Positions 59,024 through 64,000 of a stretch of 64,000 nt of DNA are shown here, piece by piece. The DNA is from Thermoanaerobaculia bacterium (GTDB lineage Bacteria; Acidobacteriota; Thermoanaerobaculia; Multivoradales; UBA5704): contig DATARD010000080.1 of the NCBI GenBank assembly GCA_036264355.1, positions 14,552 through 78,551 on the forward strand. The letters are read 5' to 3'. How positions within the stretch are numbered: position 1 is the stretch's first letter; every line of letters starts with the position of its first letter. Position numbers and translations under genes: made by a program. The notes under the pieces were generated by a model. The model made no database searches. It was not told the origin of the DNA and worked only from the letters and a program-made list of their open reading frames with translations.

Positions 59024-60039
59024 TCTACTCTCCGGCCTTCCTGCCGCAGATCGGCGGCCTCGAGATCAACACGGGGGTGCTCGCCGAGCAGCTCGTCCTG
59101 TTGGGCCAGGAGGTGACGGTGGTCACCACGACCCCCGGCGACGGCGCCGAGCCCCCCGGGTACCGGACGGTGCGCCGGCCTTCGCGCCGGGAGCTGTTGC
59201 GCCAGGTTCGCTGGTGCGACGTCTTTCTCCAGCAGAACGTCAGCCTGCGCGGGCTCTGGCCTCTCCTCCTGGTGCGCCGCCCCTGGGTGGTCTCCCACCA
59301 TAGCTGGTACTGCCGCACGGACGGCCGGATCGCCTGGGAGGATCGCCTGAAGCGCCGCCTGCTGCGCCGGGCCGCCGGATCGATCGCGGTCAGCCGGGCG
59401 ATCGCCGCCGACCTCGACACCCCGTCGGTGGTGATCAGCAATCCCTACCGCGACGAGCTGTTCCACGAGATTCCGGGCAGCGAGCGCACGCGCGACCTCG
59501 CCTTCGTCGGGCGGTTGGTCTCCGACAAGGGGGTGGACCTCCTGCTCGACGCCATGGCTCTCCTCGCCGGTCGCGGCCTGCGGCCCAGCCTGAGCATCAT
59601 TGGCGACGGACCCGAGCGGCCTGCGCTGGAGGCCCAGGCCCGGCGCCTCGGCCTGGCGGAGCAGACCGCCTTCCTGGGTATCCTCAAAGACGGCCGGCTC
59701 ACCGAGGTCCTCAACCGCCACCGTATCCTGGTCGTCCCCTCCCGCTACAATGAGCCGTTCGGTATCGTGGCGCTGGAAGGGATCGCCTGCGGCTGCGCGG
59801 TGGTGGCCTCGTCGGGCGGCGGCCTCCCGGAGGCGGTCGGCCCCTGCGGGCTGACCTTTCCCAACGGCGATCGAGAGGCGCTGGCCGAAGCGTTGGCGTG
59901 CTTCCTGAGAGACCCTGAAACCAGTCGCGGCCTCCTGTTGCACGCCCCGGCCCACCTGGCCCTGCACCGGGCCGGGACCATCGCCCGCGCCTATCTCGCC
60001 GTCCTCGAGGACGCGGTGGCAAGGAGGACCCGCCGATGA
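59011..60039 (+). CDS. Glycosyltransferase, GT4-like
   Basis: MRILIYSPAFLPQIGGLE...VGRLVSDKGVDLL...PSRYNEPFGIVALEGIACGCAVVASSGGGLPEAVG. Confidence 0.85.
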   Translation: MRILIYSPAFLPQIGGLEINTGVLAEQLVLLGQEVTVVTTTPGDGAEPPGYRTVRRPSRRELLRQVRWCDVFLQQNVSLRGLWPLLLVRRPWVVSHHSWYCRTDGRIAWEDRLKRRLLRRAAGSIAVSRAIAADLDTPSVVISNPYRDELFHEIPGSERTRDLAFVGRLVSDKGVDLLLDAMALLAGRGLRPSLSIIGDGPERPALEAQARRLGLAEQTAFLGILKDGRLTEVLNRHRILVVPSRYNEPFGIVALEGIACGCAVVASSGGGLPEAVGPCGLTFPNGDREALAEALACFLRDPETSRGLLLHAPAHLALHRAGTIARAYLAVLEDAVARRTRR

Positions 60040-61481
60040 ACGGTATCCGTCTCCTGATCGTCGCCGCCGGCGTCGCGGCGGGCGCCTGGTCGATCCTGCG
60101 CTGGCGCACCGCGGTCAAGGTCGCCCTGCTCCTCCTGATCGTCGATGGCGCGCTGCGCAAGTGGGTGTTCCCGGGCGCCCAGGACCTCGTCTACTTCGCC
60201 AAGGACGTCTTCCTGCTCGGCGCCTACATCGGCTTCCTGCAGCGCCGCGCGGTGGACCGCTACAGGCCGCCGGCCAACCCGCCGCTCTACGCCGCCCTCG
60301 CCGGCGCGGCGCTGGTCGGCGTGCTCCAGATCCTCAATCCGCACCTGCCCAACCTGCTGGTGGGTGTGCTCGGCTTCAAGGCCTACTTCTTCTACGTGCC
60401 GCTGCTCTTCGTCGTGCCGGCGGCTTTCGAAAGCGACACCGAGCTCTACCGTTTCCTGCGCCGGTACGTCCTGATCTCCATCCCGGTCGGGCTCCTCGCC
60501 GTGTTGCAGTTCTTCAGCCCGAGCACCAGCCTGCTCAACGCCTACGCCTGGGGCTCCGGCGACGAGATGAGCTACATCGCGACGTTCGGCACCTCGACCT
60601 ATGTGCGGGTGACCGGCACCTTCTCGTTCATCACCGGCTTCACCTCCTACCTCCAGGCCAACTCGATCCTTCTCCTCTGCCTGCTCGGCCAGGCGCAGTG
60701 GAAGCTGCGCGGGCAGCTCTTCCACCACCTCGCCCTGGGGCTCACCGTGCTCAGCGTCTTCATGTCCGGCTCGCGCGGCCCGATCCTGTTTCTGGTGCTT
60801 CTCTTCCCGCTCTACTGGTGGCTCGCCGTGGTGCGGGAAGGGGGGAGCGGCGCGACCTTCGGCCGGCTTCTGCTCGGCCTCACCCTCCTCTCCGGCTTCA
60901 TCGCCGTGTTCGGCACCGAGGCGATCAGCGCTTTCTATGGACGGGCGATGAGCGGCGCCTCGGAAGTGTCGTCGCGGATCTCCTATCCGTTCACCGTCCT
61001 GCTCGACCTCCTGCCCCGGGTGGGTCTCACCGGCTACGGCATCGGCTCGACGCATCAGACGGCGATGGTGGTGACCAAGGGGATTCCCCCCTATAGCTGG
61101 CTGGAAGGCCTGGCGGTGGAAGCGGAGACCGGCCGGGTCCTCATCGAGCTCGGCGGGGTGGGTTTCCTCCTCGTCTACTTCCTCCGCCTGTACATGCCGG
61201 TCTATGCGCTGCTCCAGGTCCCCAAGCTGCGCACCCGCTTCCACCGCTCCCTGGCCACTGCGGCTTTCCTTTTCTATATCTCCCAGATCATGGGAATGGT
61301 GATCTTCGACGTCACGGCAGGCATCTACTTCTGGTTCTTCGGCGGCCTGATCATGGCGGCCCTGAAGCTCGACAAGCCGGTGGCCGCCGCGGCCCGCCAG
61401 GCCGTGCCGGTCCGGGCTCCCGTCCTGCCGCAAGCATCGCCGCAAGCTGTGCCGCAAGGCCGCTGGGGCCGCGGCGCATGA
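60036..61481 (+). CDS. O-antigen polymerase/ligase-like multi-TM protein (second Wzy-like gene)
   Basis: ATGA overlap with the upstream stop. About 11 TM helices, with SGSRGPILFLVLLFPLYWW as in Wzy_C proteins. Confidence 0.7.
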   Translation: MNGIRLLIVAAGVAAGAWSILRWRTAVKVALLLLIVDGALRKWVFPGAQDLVYFAKDVFLLGAYIGFLQRRAVDRYRPPANPPLYAALAGAALVGVLQILNPHLPNLLVGVLGFKAYFFYVPLLFVVPAAFESDTELYRFLRRYVLISIPVGLLAVLQFFSPSTSLLNAYAWGSGDEMSYIATFGTSTYVRVTGTFSFITGFTSYLQANSILLLCLLGQAQWKLRGQLFHHLALGLTVLSVFMSGSRGPILFLVLLFPLYWWLAVVREGGSGATFGRLLLGLTLLSGFIAVFGTEAISAFYGRAMSGASEVSSRISYPFTVLLDLLPRVGLTGYGIGSTHQTAMVVTKGIPPYSWLEGLAVEAETGRVLIELGGVGFLLVYFLRLYMPVYALLQVPKLRTRFHRSLATAAFLFYISQIMGMVIFDVTAGIYFWFFGGLIMAALKLDKPVAAAARQAVPVRAPVLPQASPQAVPQGRWGRGA

Positions 61482-62737
61482 TCCGCACGATCCGCACGAT
61501 CCGCCCGATCCGGATACCCCGGGTGCTGGTCACCCATCCCGGCCGGCAGCACTCCCATCAGGCGGCGCTGGCGCTGCACCAGGCCGGCATGCTCGCCGGC
61601 TACTGGGCCGGCGTCCCCGCTCTGGCGGCGCAGATCGAGCGGGCTCCCGCTTTCCTGCGCCGCCGCCTCGGCCGCTACGCGCCGGTGGCGTTCGGAGACA
61701 GGGACAGTGATTCAGTCCGCTGGATGCCGTGGACCCCGGCCCTGCGCCGCCTCGGCGACGCCCTGCTGCCGCAATGGGGCGCCGCCTGGGCCGATTTCGC
61801 GGCCTGCCGGATGTTCGACCGCTGGGCGGCGGTGGCTCTGCCGGAGGCGCGCGCCGGCGCCGTTCTCGCCTGCGAGATCTCGGCCCGCGAGACCTTCCGC
61901 GAGGCGCGGCGGCTCGGGCTCAAGACCCTGCTGGACGCGCCGTCCATCCACCACGCGGCGCAGGACCGTCTGCACGGCACCACCGATCCGCCCGCGCTGC
62001 ACCGCCGGATCGTCCGCCTCAAGGAGGAGGAGATCGCGCTGGCGGATCACATCCTCACCGTCTCGGAGATGGCCCGCGAGACCTATCTCGACGCCGGAGT
62101 GCCGGCGGCGAAGGTGCACGCGGTGACCCTCGGCGCGGACACCGCGCTCTTCACGCCGCGGCCGGCCCCCCAAGCCGATGAGACGCCGGAGCCCGCCACC
62201 TTCACCTTTCTGTTCGCCGGCGCCTCGATCCGTCGCAAGGGGTTCGATCTCCTGCTCGCCGCCTTCGCCGTGGTGGCGGCGCAGGAGGCGCAGGCCCGCC
62301 TGCGCATCGTCGGCCCGCGGGGCGACGCCGCGGATTGCCTGGGCAAATATTCTTCCGCCGTCATCGCCGCCATCGAGATGTTGCCGCCGACCGACCAGGC
62401 CGGCCTCGCGGCCGAGCTGCGCCGCGCCGACTGTCTCGTCCTCCCCTCGCGCAACGACTCCTACGCCATGGTGGTCGCCGAAGCGCTCGCCGCGGGCGTG
62501 CCGGCGCTGATCTCGGAGATGGTGGGGGCCAAGGATCTGATCAGCGAGGGCGAGACCGGCTGGATCGTGCCGGTGGACGACGTGCCCGCCCTGGCCGAGC
62601 GGATGCTCTGGTGCGCCCGCCACCCCGGCGCGGTGCGCGCCCTGCGCGGCGCCTGCCGCCGCGCCGCCGAAGCCGCCACCTGGCCGGCCTACCACCGGCG
62701 GCTCGCCGAGCTGTTGCAGGATCTACTGGAGCCATGA
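61478..62737 (+). CDS. Glycosyltransferase, GT4-like
   Basis: FLFAGASIRRKGFDLL...PSRNDSYAMVVAEALAAGVPALISEMVGAKDLISEGETGWIV. An alternative in-frame GTG start at 61523 (VLVTHPG) would exclude the 9-bp repeats. Confidence 0.8.
   Translation: MIRTIRTIRPIRIPRVLVTHPGRQHSHQAALALHQAGMLAGYWAGVPALAAQIERAPAFLRRRLGRYAPVAFGDRDSDSVRWMPWTPALRRLGDALLPQWGAAWADFAACRMFDRWAAVALPEARAGAVLACEISARETFREARRLGLKTLLDAPSIHHAAQDRLHGTTDPPALHRRIVRLKEEEIALADHILTVSEMARETYLDAGVPAAKVHAVTLGADTALFTPRPAPQADETPEPATFTFLFAGASIRRKGFDLLLAAFAVVAAQEAQARLRIVGPRGDAADCLGKYSSAVIAAIEMLPPTDQAGLAAELRRADCLVLPSRNDSYAMVVAEALAAGVPALISEMVGAKDLISEGETGWIVPVDDVPALAERMLWCARHPGAVRALRGACRRAAEAATWPAYHRRLAELLQDLLEP
61481..61516 (+). repeat. 9-bp tandem repeat, ~4 units (ATCCGCACG)
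   Basis: atccgcacg atccgcacg atccgcccg atccggata. If the ATG at 61478 is used, this encodes IRTIRTIRPIR at the N-terminus of the next GT. Confidence 0.8.
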
Positions 62738-63903
62738 AAATCCTCCACGTCGTCCCCACCTACGCTCCGGCGTGGAAGCATGGCGGTCCGATCCGCGCCG
62801 TCCATGGCCTGTGCAAGGCGCTGGCGGCGCGCGGGCACGAGGTGGCGGTGTTCACCACGGAGGTGGACACCGGCGGCGCAGTGTCGGAGGCCGTGGCGAC
62901 CGGCGAGGCGGTGCGGCTGGACGGCGTGGCGGTCCACTATTTCCCGGTGCGGCTGCGGCGGCTGTATGACTCGCCGCGGATGGCGCGGGCGCTCCGCGAG
63001 CAGGTGGCGCGTTTCGACGCCGTCCATCTCCACTCGGTCTTTCTCTGTCCCACCGCCCTGGCGGCGCGGGCGGCGGAGCGCGCCGCGGTGCCTTACCTCG
63101 TCGCGCCCCGCGGCATGCTGGTCCCCGACCTGCTGCGGCGGCGGGGGCGTTGGCGCAAGGCGCTGTGGCTCCGCCTGGTGGAACGGCGCACGCTGGCGCG
63201 GGCGGCGGGGCTCCACGTCACCAGCGCGCTCGAAGCCACGGAGGCCGGCCGGCTCGGGCTGCCGCTGCCGCCGGTCTTCCTGGTTCCCAACGGCGTCGAG
63301 CCGGCGGTCTACCGGCCGGAGGCGCCGGTCTCCCCGGCGGTCCGCGGGCTGCTCGACGGCGGCCCGTTCTTCCTCTTTCTGGGCCGGTTGAGCTGGAAGA
63401 AAGGGCTCGACCGTCTGATCCCCGCTCTCGTCCACGCTCCCGGCGCCGCCCTCGCCGTCGCCGGCAACGACGACGAGGAGTACCGGCCGAAGCTGGAACG
63501 GCTGGCCGTGGAGACAGGAGTCGCCGAGCGGGTGGTCTTCCTGGGCGCGGTGGACGGCGACGACAAGGCCGCTCTCCTCGCTCGCGCCGCCGCCCTGGTC
63601 CTGCCGTCTTATTCGGAGAACTTCGGCAACTCGGTCCTGGAGTCCATGGCCGCCGGCCGCCCGGTGGTGGTCACCCCCGAGGTCGGCCTCGCCACGGTGG
63701 TCCGGGAATCCGGCTCCGGGATCGTGGTGGACGGCGATCCGGCGCATCTCGGCCCGGTGCTCCGCGCGCTGCTGGCCGATCCGGCCCAGGCGGACGTCCT
63801 GGGAAGGCGGGGAGCGGAGGAGGCGGCGCGGCGGTTCGGCTGGGACGCGGTGGCGGCGCAGATGGAGTCGGTGTATCACGAGATCAGGGAGCGGGCGGCG
63901 TGA
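62734..63903 (+). CDS. Glycosyltransferase, GT4-like
   Basis: MKILHVVPTYAPAWKHGGPIRAVHGLCKALAARGHEV...PSYSENFGNSVLESMAAGRPVVVTPEVGLATVVRESGSGIVV. ATGA overlap with the upstream stop. Confidence 0.85.
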   Translation: MKILHVVPTYAPAWKHGGPIRAVHGLCKALAARGHEVAVFTTEVDTGGAVSEAVATGEAVRLDGVAVHYFPVRLRRLYDSPRMARALREQVARFDAVHLHSVFLCPTALAARAAERAAVPYLVAPRGMLVPDLLRRRGRWRKALWLRLVERRTLARAAGLHVTSALEATEAGRLGLPLPPVFLVPNGVEPAVYRPEAPVSPAVRGLLDGGPFFLFLGRLSWKKGLDRLIPALVHAPGAALAVAGNDDEEYRPKLERLAVETGVAERVVFLGAVDGDDKAALLARAAALVLPSYSENFGNSVLESMAAGRPVVVTPEVGLATVVRESGSGIVVDGDPAHLGPVLRALLADPAQADVLGRRGAEEAARRFGWDAVAAQMESVYHEIRERAA

Positions 63904-64000
63904 ATCTCGCCTTCGTCGTCGAGCGCCCGACCCAGTTCGAGGTGCCCTTCTACCGCCATGCCGCCGCGGACCCGGAGAACCATCTGCGGGTGATCTACAC
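63900..64000 (+). CDS. 5' end of a further EPS-locus gene (partial, unknown function)
   Basis: A GTG start overlaps the upstream stop (GTGA). It reads VNLAFVVERPTQFEVPFYRHAAADPENHLRVIY and runs off the window. Confidence 0.35.
   Translation, partial: MNLAFVVERPTQFEVPFYRHAAADPENHLRVIY

Overview
High-GC (about 70% by eye) bacterial chromosomal window, densely coded, with several visibly lower-GC accessory patches. No rRNA, tRNA, CRISPR array, transposase or integrase was recognised.

Gene content, left to right:
- 1-8.7 kb: a disrupted [NiFe]-hydrogenase maturation (hyp) region. It contains a hypE 3' end, a 1.8-kb low-GC island with one PD-(D/E)xK nuclease-fold gene, an orphan second hypE 3' fragment, and a 525-bp element bounded by terminal inverted repeats (TIRs) and filled with 21-bp repeats. 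These are followed by two DUF4386 paralogs, a tandem-SIS protein, a glutaredoxin-like protein, hypF and a convergent Sfp-type PPTase.
- 8.7-11.8 kb: a low-GC island with a tightly coupled two-gene module. The first protein is NDT/TIR-like plus three S1 domains; the second is Alba plus PIN. I cannot assign it to any described system, so it is my top candidate.
- 11.8-17.3 kb: a eukaryote-type acetyl-CoA-carboxylase-like megaprotein lacking the catalytic half of its biotin carboxylase (BC) domain, plus an orphan half of a polyketide synthase (PKS) dehydratase.
- 17.3-19.2 kb: a 21-bp tandem array, then HEPN/MNT and HicAB toxin-antitoxin (TA) pairs.
- 19.2-31.2 kb: a DMT transporter, a secreted BNR double propeller, an APC permease, a thioesterase, a propeller/Y_Y_Y-GGDEF sensor, and a divergent pair of paralogous zf-HC2-like proteins.
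- 31.3-34.4 kb: an SDR/SnoaL/HxlR/NmrA block bracketed by duplicated gene-3'-end sequence and containing another 21-bp array.
- 34.4-38.5 kb: GGCT, ParE/Phd embedded in vapC debris, a Ycf45-type R3H ATPase and a DUF4097 protein.
- 38.6-64 kb: a long exopolysaccharide (EPS) locus. It encodes Wza, Wzc, a PHP tyrosine phosphatase, Sat-CysC and CysQ for PAPS supply, an AsnB-like amidotransferase, a flippase, two O-antigen ligase/polymerase-like proteins, an SGNH hydrolase and several glycosyltransferases (GTs).

The recurring non-genic signal is four sequence-unrelated tandem arrays that all have a 21-bp period.

All domain calls come from reading the translated motifs against remembered family signatures. 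No database search was run.
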